From contig JAUNJF010000002.1 in assembly GCA_030533405.1 (NCBI GenBank), forward strand, positions 9,339 through 73,338: a DNA stretch of 64,000 bases. The letters run 5' to 3'. A program made the position numbers and the translations under genes. The DNA comes from Eubacteriales bacterium (lineage in GTDB: Bacteria > Bacillota > Clostridia > Lachnospirales > Lachnospiraceae). This document shows, piece by piece, positions 45,922 to 56,500 of the stretch. How positions within the stretch are numbered: the first letter of the stretch is position 1; each line of letters starts with the position of its first letter. The notes under the pieces were generated by a model that searched no databases, was not told where the DNA came from, and saw nothing but the letters and a program-made list of their open reading frames with translations.

Positions 45922-47118
45922 TTAATCTTTTGTAGCATACTTCTTCGCTTTCTTTACCATATCTTCATTCACTTCACCTGCACCATATCTCACCTGTTCA
46001 TAAAGATTAGACAATTCCTGAATATCCACCTGTGCACATGTTTGAATTTCTTGTTGTAATTGCCCACACGTCTGATAGGCATCTAACGAAATGTCATTTT
46101 GATACTGGTATATTTTTTTTCGATAATATTTTCGCACCTTTTCTGCTTTACTCAAAAACAACTTTCTTTCTCTTTTTTTTCCTGCAATGCGTTCCCCTTT
46201 TTCTTTCTTCTTTGTCGAAATACGCTCTACAACATCTCCGCTATCATTGGTCTTCTGCATCAAAAATCTTCCAAGCTTTATCATCAAAACAATACAAACC
46301 GATATGAAAAATGCGCCTATGATCATCCAAACAAAATACACACCCCAACGGTCTGTATATTCCAAAGCATCAGGTATTTCCTCAGGTGTTTCCTCTTCAA
46401 GTTCTAAATCTGGAATATAAAGCGTTGAATCCTCCAAGTGAATCATACGCAACAAAAATCGGATGCCATTTATCATCGCATTCACGAAAAGACCAAGCAA
46501 ATCAAATTGTCTGTTGATCAGTAACAAAATGACAAAAATCGCACTTACCGCCAAGACCGTAATGGTATTCGCATACAACATTCCCCGAATGGAAATCGGT
46601 TTATATTCCTGAGAACAGTTTATGTATTCCATCATTCCATCAAGATAGTGCTGTGCCAAAAACAGTACAATCAATTCAATCGCCGCCACCGTAAGCTTAG
46701 AAATTAATGGTTCATGATGTATGATTGTTCCATAAATAAGCGATATTGCACATGTAAAAACATACAGAAATATAGAATCCAGCGCTGGTGAAATTCTTCG
46801 CTCATTTCCCATATAGCGATAGGAGCTTAAAAGCTGAAACCCTCCAGCAATCACAAAAATACCCTTTATTGTAAAATGATATGGCAGCATCCAAATAGCT
46901 ACGCATACAGGAATACTTGCTACGATTAACACAAAATTTCGCTTTGCCACATCTCTTACAATATAACATACCGAAAAAATACCAAACAAAACAAGCCAAA
47001 CAACAAAATTCAATTCCTTACGAATAAACAATGCATTAATTGTAATCAAAATAATATAAGCAACAATGGTTTCCGAAAGTAACGCCAGCACTTTACGTAT
47101 TCTACGTATCCATTTCAT
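45922..47118 (-). CDS. polytopic membrane protein with a C-terminal DUF4129-like cytoplasmic domain and no transglutaminase core
   Basis: It is 398 aa with about 7 TM helices. After the last TM helix the tail reads KVRKYYRKKIYQYQ...LSNLYEQVRYGAGEV, the DUF4129-type ..ARYG.. ending. Its start overlaps the DUF58 stop by 17 nt. Confidence 0.55.
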   Translation of the reverse strand: MKWIRRIRKVLALLSETIVAYIILITINALFIRKELNFVVWLVLFGIFSVCYIVRDVAKRNFVLIVASIPVCVAIWMLPYHFTIKGIFVIAGGFQLLSSYRYMGNERRISPALDSIFLYVFTCAISLIYGTIIHHEPLISKLTVAAIELIVLFLAQHYLDGMMEYINCSQEYKPISIRGMLYANTITVLAVSAIFVILLLINRQFDLLGLFVNAMINGIRFLLRMIHLEDSTLYIPDLELEEETPEEIPDALEYTDRWGVYFVWMIIGAFFISVCIVLMIKLGRFLMQKTNDSGDVVERISTKKKEKGERIAGKKRERKLFLSKAEKVRKYYRKKIYQYQNDISLDAYQTCGQLQQEIQTCAQVDIQELSNLYEQVRYGAGEVNEDMVKKAKKYATKD

Positions 47119-48229
47119 CTGCGTTCACCTCCCATCCCTCGACATACGTCCGATCACATTCCATCGTATCTCGATGATCATATGGTACAATCATATGTAG
47201 ATCCACACCACGATTTTTTAATTCATCCAACTTCTCCAGTAAATCATTTTTGTAATATGGCGAAATAACAATATACGTTATATTCGACGCAATTGTATCC
47301 TGCATCTGATCCAAAGTTTCCATAAATGTATCATTTTTCAACATCGTACCGATCCTTGCTAAATACTTATCCACCACAACACTGTGATCCCTTGTAGATC
47401 CAGCCTGAATCATTCCCTTTTCACCTGTTACAACATCCAACCCATTTGCAAACACCATAACCGGCACACCCATCGCCACAAAATCCTTTGTCAGGGTACT
47501 CGCAAGAGAAATCGAATACTCACGGAGTTCATCTTCCCTAAATAAAGTATATGCATCTAGGTTAATCAAAATTGAAACTCGTTGCTCTGCCACCTTATTA
47601 TACATATTAACTTTCAGTTCCGAAGTTTTCGCACTTGCCTTCCAGTTCACACGTCCCATACTGTCCGTCGCGCTATAATCTCGAATTCCACGAAACGAAA
47701 AAGGATCCTCAATAAAAGAACGCTTCGTTTCTATCTCTCCTAGCATGGCCTTTTCAAATTCAATAATCCAGGTATTTTGCAATTTTCTTGGCAATACATA
47801 AATTGTTGTATCAGTATCATAATTTTTTGCATAGGTTTTTACAAAAAACAAATCCTTTACCACTGTATTGACAGATGCAATTTCAAAATAGCCTCTTCTG
47901 GTGCCTTGAAAACCCAGCTTTCTTGTTACTCTCTGTTTTCCCATAATAGAAAATGCTTCGCTTCTATAGAATAAATCTGTTACAGCGGCATGCTCCATAT
48001 CATCAAACACAAAACTCTTTGGTGCTGATAATTTTAGATTAAAAATAGGCAAAGGTAACATTTTTGCATTTTCAATAATTGCAATCACACGACTACTCTG
48101 TCCAGCTTCAATGATTGCATCCTCATACCAAACCTTTACATTTAATTTTCTGTCCCATAATTTTTCATATAGGTATCTCTGCCCATAGTAAATTCCTATA
48201 ACAAAGATTACAATCCAAATAATCAGCAT
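47102..48229 (-). CDS. DUF58-family protein (second copy)
   Basis: It is 375 aa with an N-terminal TM helix. The hallmark is IRDYSATDSMGRVNWKASAKTSELKVNMY. Its start directly abuts the MoxR stop. Confidence 0.8.
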   Translation of the reverse strand: MLIIWIVIFVIGIYYGQRYLYEKLWDRKLNVKVWYEDAIIEAGQSSRVIAIIENAKMLPLPIFNLKLSAPKSFVFDDMEHAAVTDLFYRSEAFSIMGKQRVTRKLGFQGTRRGYFEIASVNTVVKDLFFVKTYAKNYDTDTTIYVLPRKLQNTWIIEFEKAMLGEIETKRSFIEDPFSFRGIRDYSATDSMGRVNWKASAKTSELKVNMYNKVAEQRVSILINLDAYTLFREDELREYSISLASTLTKDFVAMGVPVMVFANGLDVVTGEKGMIQAGSTRDHSVVVDKYLARIGTMLKNDTFMETLDQMQDTIASNITYIVISPYYKNDLLEKLDELKNRGVDLHMIVPYDHRDTMECDRTYVEGWEVNADEMDT

Positions 48230-49183
48230 TTACCTCTCCCATTTCTCAACTGGTACTTCAATCTTTTCGATGATCTTCGCTATATACTCTAATCCCTGAT
48301 GATAGCTATTGCCTCTTCCAACTACGGAAACACGGTGTCCCCATACAAACGGAGCAAGCTTTTTCACATCATCTGGAGTCACATATTCTCTACCTTTGAT
48401 TGCTGCATACGCTTGACAACAACGAATCAATGCAAGAATTCCTCTTGTACTGACACCAACCTCAATCGTCTTGTCATTTCTTGTCTTCATTGCGATATCA
48501 ACAATATATTTTCTTACCACATTATGCATATAGACACTCTTAATTTCACTTTTGATAGCCTCAACATCCGCAATTTTACAACACGCATCAATATGTTCAA
48601 TTGGATTATCTGAAATATAACGTTCTATAATCTCTAATTCATTTTCCTCACTGTTTGAACCCATTGAGAGCTTCATAATAAAACGATCTAACTGCGCCTC
48701 TGGCAATGGATATGTACCTACTGTTTCAATCGGATTTTCAGTAGCAATTACCATAAATCCCCCTTCCAGCTTGAGTGTTGTTCCATCGATACTAACCTGC
48801 TTTTCCTCCATTGCCTCTAATAAGCTGGACTGTGTTCTGGGCGTTGCTCTATTAATCTCATCAGCCAAAAGCAAGTTCGTAAATACTGGGCCTTTTACCA
48901 ATTCAAACTCTCCCTGTTTTTGATTAAATACATTCATACCAATAATATCTGTTGGCATCAAATCTGGCGTAAACTGTACACGTTTGAAATCACCCTCAAT
49001 ACTTTTTGCCAATGACTTTGCAAGCATTGTTTTTCCTGTTCCAGGACTATCCTCCAACAACACATGACCACCCGCAAACAATGCCGTTACAATCAGTTCT
49101 ATAACTTCTTCTTTTCCTACAATTACCTTTGAAACATTACCAATAATCTGGTCAGATAATTTTTTAACATTTTTTTCGCCCAT
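48230..49183 (-). CDS. MoxR-family AAA+ ATPase (second copy)
   Basis: It is 317 aa with PGTGKTM, LLLADEINRATPRTQ and VIATENPIETVGTYPLPEAQLDRF. Confidence 0.9.
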   Translation of the reverse strand: MGEKNVKKLSDQIIGNVSKVIVGKEEVIELIVTALFAGGHVLLEDSPGTGKTMLAKSLAKSIEGDFKRVQFTPDLMPTDIIGMNVFNQKQGEFELVKGPVFTNLLLADEINRATPRTQSSLLEAMEEKQVSIDGTTLKLEGGFMVIATENPIETVGTYPLPEAQLDRFIMKLSMGSNSEENELEIIERYISDNPIEHIDACCKIADVEAIKSEIKSVYMHNVVRKYIVDIAMKTRNDKTIEVGVSTRGILALIRCCQAYAAIKGREYVTPDDVKKLAPFVWGHRVSVVGRGNSYHQGLEYIAKIIEKIEVPVEKWER

Positions 49184-49201
49184 CTTCTTCTCCTTATTCT
49201 A

Positions 49202-50710
49202 TTAATCCATCTTTCCTCTACTTTGTAAAATACGCTTTCCAATCTCCTCATACATTGATTGTTCTAAATAAGTAACCGGGTGCGCAGAGTCTATCATCTT
49301 TGCCAAAATACGTACCATACCCGTTGCAAGCTTACACTTTCTACGAATCGGTCCTTGTTCATACGAAATTTGTTGAATTTTATAATATGGTATCCATGTA
49401 ATCTTCTTTTCGAAACAACCATTCACAAGCAATAATTCACGATCTAACAGGCATATTCCCTGCGTATAAAATGCCATAAACAAATTTAAAACAGAGGTTC
49501 CAATCAAAAATACACCAACCACATATATCACATAAATTCCCCATTCAACCGGAATATGAAACACATTGTAATGTCCCACAACTACCATTAATACAATCAA
49601 GATTGCATAATAACATACCTTTCTTGGTAATTCCGACCAGATAGATGCCTTACTTCTTTTATGAATCTCACCCTGTTCTAAATGAAATTCTGGCAACAAC
49701 ACCGCAAGCTTTTCTCGCATATCCTGCTCCGTCTCAGCAAGTAACAACATCGAGTTTTCTTTGTTTTCATCACCTACACCTACACAAATCAACTCTACAA
49801 ATTGTCTCTTACACACTCTGGAAACCAATGGTGATACAAGTCTTACCGCATTAATCTTATCAACAGCTAATATATATTTTCTTTTTTTTAACAACCCATG
49901 CTCTAAATGAATTTTATCTCCCACGCGTTTGACACGGAAATTGTAATATACAAAAAAATCCTTAATCAGACTCTGTGCAACGGAATACAAAATGATAGCA
50001 GCCGTAGTCAGTCCACCGATTGCATTGGCAATGCCATCTAACAACAGAGTTCCTGTACGAACAAGACGAAGTGCTACGATTACCACAATGATTGCAGTTA
50101 AAATAATCAATACTGCACTCACGCTTGCTGTATAAACACAATGCATAATGATTTGCTTTGGGGAGTACACAATATCGTAATTCATTTCTTCCGCATTTTG
50201 CGCCGTAGCCTCCTTTTCTCCCGCTGCTTTTTGCATACGTTCCATCACAACGCATCGGAACCACTCTGCCTTTTCCTTTCCTAATACAATTCTTACGTCA
50301 GTTTTATCCGCAGTTGTACGCGAGTTAGTATCCAACTTAATCACATACGTATTCATGATTCTCTCAAAAATGTTCTGTTCTAAGTTAATATTCGATATAT
50401 TTTTAATTCCAATCGTATTTTTCTTGCGATTGATTGTTCTACGTTCAAGTACAATTGCGTCTTCCTCAATCGAGATCCACGTCTTTGCCCATACGATATT
50501 TTGATACAAAAAACAGAGTAACAAAACAACAAACACAATGCCAAATGCAGCCAAAAAATTCACCAGATGAAAATCGCCTCTCATGATGTCCTGCACCATA
50601 TTTGACATGTTATTTGCCTGTCCTAAAAAGGCAACAAAACAAATAACCAAAAAACGCCCCATATTTTCAAAAACAATGCTGTAGTGACAGCGGAATTTAT
50701 TCTGCTCCAT
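49202..50710 (-). CDS. YdbT-like membrane protein with three bacterial PH (bPH_2) domains
   Basis: It is 502 aa with three repeats. Each repeat is a TM hairpin followed by a ~80-aa PH-like module (I..I.L.Q...ER......I.L.T). Confidence 0.7.
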   Translation of the reverse strand: MEQNKFRCHYSIVFENMGRFLVICFVAFLGQANNMSNMVQDIMRGDFHLVNFLAAFGIVFVVLLLCFLYQNIVWAKTWISIEEDAIVLERRTINRKKNTIGIKNISNINLEQNIFERIMNTYVIKLDTNSRTTADKTDVRIVLGKEKAEWFRCVVMERMQKAAGEKEATAQNAEEMNYDIVYSPKQIIMHCVYTASVSAVLIILTAIIVVIVALRLVRTGTLLLDGIANAIGGLTTAAIILYSVAQSLIKDFFVYYNFRVKRVGDKIHLEHGLLKKRKYILAVDKINAVRLVSPLVSRVCKRQFVELICVGVGDENKENSMLLLAETEQDMREKLAVLLPEFHLEQGEIHKRSKASIWSELPRKVCYYAILIVLMVVVGHYNVFHIPVEWGIYVIYVVGVFLIGTSVLNLFMAFYTQGICLLDRELLLVNGCFEKKITWIPYYKIQQISYEQGPIRRKCKLATGMVRILAKMIDSAHPVTYLEQSMYEEIGKRILQSRGKMD

Positions 50711-51188
50711 GCGCTGCCTCCCTTTCCTCTACAACAATTGCATTGATACGTTTCTTTAAATGCTCCGATATCTGCTCTGCAACATTTTCATTCAAATACG
50801 CAATTCGAAGTTCACCACCTGCAGTTGTAACCATTACTTCTTTTAGCTTGAATGCTCTAAAAATAGGACCGCTTGATACCTCAATTTTGTGCAAACGTTC
50901 AATTGGAACAATCTCTGTTTTAATTACAATCAACCCTTTACGAACTTCAATGCCATCCTCTGTCAAGCGATAGCGATATCTCTCATATCTTAGCTTTGGT
51001 GCAATCAATACATAAAGCAAATATATACCTAAAAATCCATATACAAACCAAGACACAAAATCCGGCAACTCCTCACGAATTATAAAATATACAGACAACA
51101 CACAAATTGCAGTTATAACAAACCCAATCACCGTCTTCACATACATACAAATTGATGCTTTTTTTCCTAGCTTTTCGTACTTCATCAT
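50697..51188 (-). CDS. YdbS-like membrane protein with one bPH_2 domain
   Basis: It is 163 aa with a TM hairpin, then YRYRLTEDGIEVRKGLIVIKTEIVPIERLHKIEVSSGPIFRAFKLKEVMVTTAG. Its stop overlaps the ydbT-like start by 14 nt. Confidence 0.7.
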   Translation of the reverse strand: MMKYEKLGKKASICMYVKTVIGFVITAICVLSVYFIIREELPDFVSWFVYGFLGIYLLYVLIAPKLRYERYRYRLTEDGIEVRKGLIVIKTEIVPIERLHKIEVSSGPIFRAFKLKEVMVTTAGGELRIAYLNENVAEQISEHLKKRINAIVVEEREAAHGAE

Positions 51189-51221
51189 CGTTCTCCTTTT
51201 TTTTCATAATACAACCTGTTT

Positions 51222-51250
51222 ATCATACCATTTTCTGCTAAATCTTTCAA
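51222..51250 (-). promoter_or_regulatory. sigma-A promoter of the ydbS-like operon
   Basis: The minus strand reads TTGAAA, a 17-nt spacer, then TGG-TATGAT (extended -10). Confidence 0.55.
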
Positions 51251-51296
51251 TGCACACAAGTCACAAGACATTACATGCAAAATACTTTTCCCAAAT

Positions 51297-51351
51297 GCAA
51301 AAAACCACCCAACATGTACGCCATCCCATAGATGTGCTACACATTAAGTGG
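51297..51351 (-). terminator. rho-independent terminator after the cobO-like gene
   Basis: The minus strand reads CCACTTAATGTGTA...TACATGTTGGGTGG, a 14-bp stem that includes G-U pairs, followed by TTTTTTGC. Confidence 0.6.
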
Positions 51352-51366
51352 TCTACTCTCTATTCC

Positions 51367-51834
51367 TTAATTCGATTCAACATGTGATATCATAGATGCA
51401 TATCGCTTCAACTGATCTGGACAAATTCTTCCTGTCATAATCAATTTCACATCACTATTAATACTCAAAATCTCTTCAATATCTTCTGCATACAGGATAT
51501 TATAATCCATAAGTCCTAAGACCTCATCCAAAATAACAACATCAGAGCTTCCTGTATCAATTACTTTTTTTGCATAATGAAAACTATTCTTTGCTTTCGC
51601 TCTTTGTTCTTCTCTCTCTTCATAAGTCAGTTCCCTATATGGCTTCAAGCTATTTTCAAAGGTAAAAAAGTTAATCTCTTCAAATTGATCCAAAATACTA
51701 TAATCTGCATCTGTTCCCTTTAAAAACTGCACAATTGTTACGGTTTCACCGTTCCCAGCCGATTTCACTGCAAGACCCATCGCTGCCGCGGTCTTACCAT
51801 ATCCACCGCCGTAAATAATATGCACATTCTTCAT
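51367..51834 (-). CDS. CobA/CobO/BtuR-family cob(I)alamin adenosyltransferase-like protein
   Basis: It is 155 aa with HIIYGGGYGKTAAAMGLAVKSAGNGETVTIVQFLKG, then VVILDEV and LIMTGR. The P-loop (GGGYGKT) is slightly atypical. Confidence 0.7.
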   Translation of the reverse strand: MKNVHIIYGGGYGKTAAAMGLAVKSAGNGETVTIVQFLKGTDADYSILDQFEEINFFTFENSLKPYRELTYEEREEQRAKAKNSFHYAKKVIDTGSSDVVILDEVLGLMDYNILYAEDIEEILSINSDVKLIMTGRICPDQLKRYASMISHVESN

Positions 51835-51981
51835 TTTGTCTCCCTCACGTCAATGCTTCCTGCTATTCTTCTAATCAATACATCAGTTTCCAAAACCTTG
51901 TTTCAAGATTATGATATATCCTAGCACAAACATATACAAAATGCAATGCCAATTCCATATAGCTTTTTTCGGTGTTATTCC

Positions 51982-52608
51982 TTATTCCAGACATTCCATT
52001 TTACTTACTGATACTTCGTAAGCAACACGATTGATAACCTCTTCATTTTCTAATTTCTTCTGGTATTCACGGCTTTGAATTCTTCCCCAAACTGCAACAT
52101 GCTCTCCAACTGAAAGCTTTCCTGCAAATCTGGCATTTCTACCCCAGCAAATACATGGAATATAGTCTGACTTTCCATACGCACGATTTACTGCCAACAA
52201 CACATCAGCAATTTCTCTTCCTAACGGTGTCATACGATAAATCGGTGCCTTACAAATATATCCATCCAAATAAATCTGATTTGGATGTTGCATTTCATCA
52301 TCATCATTTAAAATATTAAGTTCTCGAACAAACAGTGAAAGAATCAGGCGGTTTTTGGTTTCCTCATGCTTATTGTATGAACGAAATTGTCCCTTCGCCT
52401 CAATTTTTTCTCCTAGATGAGATTGTTCCACATCAATCAATCGGTCCGAAACCATTAGTGGAATAACATCTGTTGCATCACTTAATCGATTCACCAGCAA
52501 ATCCACCATATAAAATCCCTCGCCAAATATTTCATGGCTAAATGTAAACTCTGAAATAATCTCCCCTGCCACTACTGCCTGATTGTTGCTCAATATTTTT
52601 TCTGTCAT
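51982..52608 (-). CDS. SSB/PriB-like protein with two tandem OB folds and no acidic C-terminal tip
   Basis: The track ORF is 51982-52665, and the start is placed at MTEKILS (GGAAGGAG RBS). Both halves show the SSB pattern. The second half reads NQIYLDGYICKAPIYRMTPLGREIADVLLAVNR....DYIPCICWGRNARFAGKLSVGEHVAVWGRIQSREY. Confidence 0.55.
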   Translation of the reverse strand: MTEKILSNNQAVVAGEIISEFTFSHEIFGEGFYMVDLLVNRLSDATDVIPLMVSDRLIDVEQSHLGEKIEAKGQFRSYNKHEETKNRLILSLFVRELNILNDDDEMQHPNQIYLDGYICKAPIYRMTPLGREIADVLLAVNRAYGKSDYIPCICWGRNARFAGKLSVGEHVAVWGRIQSREYQKKLENEEVINRVAYEVSVSKMECLE

Positions 52609-52779
52609 TTTGTTTCTCCTTCCAAGTACCTCAATATGTTTGATTTCATAATAAATGTGATCCACTCATTCACATGTAGCTGCAGCTGCTGAAACATTTA
52701 TCATGTAATATATCTTAGTACAGAAGTTCGTTTTATAGAACGGGGATTTTTCTTCTAAAAACATCTATTTTTGTCGAAT

Positions 52780-53577
52780 TTAGTTGAGTCTTTGTCGCAA
52801 TGCTTCATACATCAACACCGTTGTTGCGGTTGCGGCATTTAACGACTCTACCTTTCCAAGCATCGGAATTCGAATTTTCTGACTAGTTGCATTTGACATT
52901 TCATTTGTCAGACCATTTCCTTCATTCCCAATGACAAATACTGTCGGATTTCTATAATTACCGTCATAAAAGGTTGTACCCTGTAAATGCGCACTATACG
53001 TCACATATTCCAAAGCATTCAGTTTTTTTATAGAATCGACCAGGTCTTCGACATAGCAAAATGGCACGCGAAAAATAGAGCCCATCGTCGAGCGAACCAC
53101 CTTGGGATTATAAATATCTACAGTCTCTCTACTCATGATAATCCCTGTTACACCCGCGCCCTCTGCCGTTCGTAAAATGGTGCCAAGATTACCAGGATCT
53201 TGTAGATTTTCCAATGCAATCACAAGTGGCATCTGTCCATTTGCATCTACCGCATTCCGCTGTTTAATTCCACACACTTCTTCCATCGTATAATGCATTC
53301 TTCTCACAACACTCACAACCCCCTGTGGCGTTTTCGTATCTGTCATAGCGGTCATTACATGGTCAGAAACCAGCTCATATTGTACATCAGATAAAACCGC
53401 TTGATTCTTACCACAAAAAGACTCCGTCACATAGGTTTCCACCAATAACTCCTTTGGAATCTCCACAAACATACGAATGCCCTCAACCAAAAATACATCT
53501 GCCTTTTTGCGTTCCTTGGCACTCTTTGCATATTTTATTATGTTTTTTATCTTTGCATTCGATGTACTTGTTATCAT
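52780..53577 (-). CDS. SpoU/TrmH-family RNA 2'-O-methyltransferase (RlmB-like)
   Basis: It is 265 aa with LENLQDPGNLGTILRTAEGAG, IGNEGNGL and IPMLGKVESLNAA. Its start overlaps the dnaE stop by 4 nt. Confidence 0.85.
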   Translation of the reverse strand: MITSTSNAKIKNIIKYAKSAKERKKADVFLVEGIRMFVEIPKELLVETYVTESFCGKNQAVLSDVQYELVSDHVMTAMTDTKTPQGVVSVVRRMHYTMEEVCGIKQRNAVDANGQMPLVIALENLQDPGNLGTILRTAEGAGVTGIIMSRETVDIYNPKVVRSTMGSIFRVPFCYVEDLVDSIKKLNALEYVTYSAHLQGTTFYDGNYRNPTVFVIGNEGNGLTNEMSNATSQKIRIPMLGKVESLNAATATTVLMYEALRQRLN

Positions 53578-56500
53578 CCCTTTACCTCTCTCATATCGAT
53601 TTTTCCAACTTTACACTCGACATTTTTTTCTCCCAGTAATTCCGTCATTTCCTTTGTAAAATCCTCATCGGCAGACACTCTAAACTGTCTTCCCAATTGT
53701 TTTAATTGCTTTTCTTCTTTCAGATAAATAATTACCTGATCTTTTCCTGTATGTGCATCCAAAATATTGTAAATCTGATTTTCTTTTTCCAGCCATGCCT
53801 CTTTATGATCCAATTGCAAATACACATTTTTCGGCACATCGTCAAATGATACCAATTTTTCTAGCAGGAATTTTACTTCTCTTTCATTGACCGACGCACG
53901 ACCATAAACCAACACCTTTTCATCATTTTCTAATTGCTTTCGGTATTGCTCGTACTTTCTTGGGAATACCACAACCTCCACAGAACCAAACAAATCCTCC
54001 AGGGTTACAAACGCCATATTCTGATTGTTTCTTGTCATTTTCACAGTCTTTGCTGCAATCATACCACCAACCACATACATACTACCATCCTGTACATTGA
54101 CGCCTGCTTCTTCCACATCCTCTTCTTCAGAAACCTCCTGCATAAAATCTGCAGTTGTGGCATTTGTATTCTTTTTCATTAATTCCTGATACTCATCCAA
54201 AGGATGTCCACTGACATAAAATCCAACAACCTCTTTTTCGTAAGTTAAAAGCTCCATCTTATCATATTCTGCCACATCCGGATAAGGAATTTCAAAATCT
54301 TTTCTCTCATCCTCTCCTAAGAAATCCATCAACGACATTTGTCCTGACATAGCTGATTTTTTCTCTCTGTTCACAGAATCAATCAAATCGGAATACACCA
54401 TCATCATTTGTCTTCGCTTCACCCCAAAGCAGTCAAACGCACCAGATTTGATAAAGCTTTCGATGGTTCTCTTATTCACTTCCTTACCAGATAAACGACT
54501 GATAAAATCCTTTAAATCTTTGAATTTACCATGTAATTTTCTCTCTTCCACAACTGCATCAATGACAGATTTCCCAACACTCTTTAAGGCAGAAAGACCA
54601 TATCGGATGCCTTCCTCGCACACCGAAAAACTACTAAATCCTTCGTTGATATCCGGCGGCAAAATCTTAATATCCAACTGCTTACTTTCATTAATATATT
54701 TCAGAAGCTTCGTTGGATTATCCAGTGTGGAAGTAATGAGTGCAGCCATAAATTCCTTTGTATAGTGTGCTTTTAAATATGCTGTTTGGAATGTTACGAC
54801 ACTATATACCACACCATGTGATTTGTTGAACGCATAAGCTGCAAAGGTTGTCATTTCATCAAAAATTTTGTTGGCAACCTTTTCCGAAATACCATTGTTC
54901 ACACAACCTGGCACATGCTCTTTGGGATTACCGTATACAAAATTTTGACGCTCCTTTTCCATGACATCCGCTTTCTTCTTCGCCATCGCACGACGCACCA
55001 AATCACTTCGTCCCATCGTATAGCCAGCAAGTTCCATAACAATCTGCATTACCTGCTCCTGGTACACAATACATCCAAAAGTCGGCTCTAAAATCTTTTT
55101 CAACTGCGGACAATCGTATTGAATACTCGCAGGATTTTCTCTGTTTTCTATATAAATCGGAATAAAATCCATTGGACCTGGTCTATATAATGAAATACCC
55201 GCCGTCAAATCCTCGATATTTCTAGGTTTTAACTTTTTCATGAAATTCTTCATACCATCACTTTCAATCTGAAAAATTCCATCTGTTTGTCCAGAACAAA
55301 CCAAGTCATAGGTTGCCTCATCCAATTCATTTACCTGATCAAAATCAACAACTTCCCCTGTACTTTCTTCTATATTATAAATGGTATCCTGAATCACTGA
55401 CAAATTACGCAAGCCAAGGAAATCCATCTTCAACAGGCCTAATTCTTCCACCGTTTCCTTTGTAAACTGCGTTGTTGCAAAGCCTTCTGATCCAAGCGAT
55501 AATGGCACATATTCGTCAATAGATTTCTGACCAATCACAACACCAGCAGCATGTGTTGATGCATGTCTTGGCAATCCCTCCAACTTTTGTGACATTTCAA
55601 GCAAATAACGAACATCTGGTTCTTCTTCATATGCCTGCTTTAACTCTGGCACCATATCAATTGCCTGGCTAATTGTGATTTTTTTGCCATTAGGACCAAT
55701 TGGTACCATCTTCGCAATTCGATCAACTGCCGCATATGGCATATCCAACACTCTTCCAACATCACGGATAACCATTTTTGCTGCCATCGTTCCAAATGTT
55801 GCAATCTGTACCACATTATCCTTACCATATTTACGAACAACGTAATCAATGACTTCCTGTCTCCGTTCTGGACAAAAATCCACGTCTATATCGGGCATGG
55901 AAACACGCTCCGGATTCAAAAAACGTTCAAACAGCAAATCATACTTGAGCGGTTCTACTTCCGTAATATTCAGGCAGTAGCTCACGATTGCTCCAGCCGC
56001 TGATCCTCTTCCTGGTCCGACCGGAATATCATGATCTTTTGCAAATTTAATAAAATCCCATACAATCAAAAAATAGTCAACAAATCCCATTTTTTCAATC
56101 ATATCCAACTCATAATCCAATCGTTTTTGTACTTCCTCTGTCACCGGCTGATAACATCTATGAAGCCCTTCCTCACACAAGGCACGCAAATAAGACTGTG
56201 CAGTAAAACCTTCTGGCACATCGAACTTTGGCACCTTTTGCTCACCAAACACAATCTCAACATTACAACGCTTGGCAATTTCACCTGTATTATCAAGCGC
56301 TTTTTTTGCATACGGAAAAAGCTGTTCCATCTCCTGTGGTGATTTCAAATAATACTGACCACCATCATATCGCATACGCTCTTCATCTTTTACTTTTTTT
56401 CCTGTCTGAATACACAATAAAATGTCGTGTGCTTCCGCATCATTTTTCTCAACATAGTGAATATCGTTCGTCGCAACCAATTCAATTCCTGTGTCCTGCG

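Noticed and set aside
52666-52779. A LexA (Cheo) box upstream of the SSB-like gene (GTTCGTTTTATAGAAC)
   Set aside because: The half-sites are in the wrong orientation and spacing (GTTC-N8-GAAC rather than GAAC-N4-GTTC).
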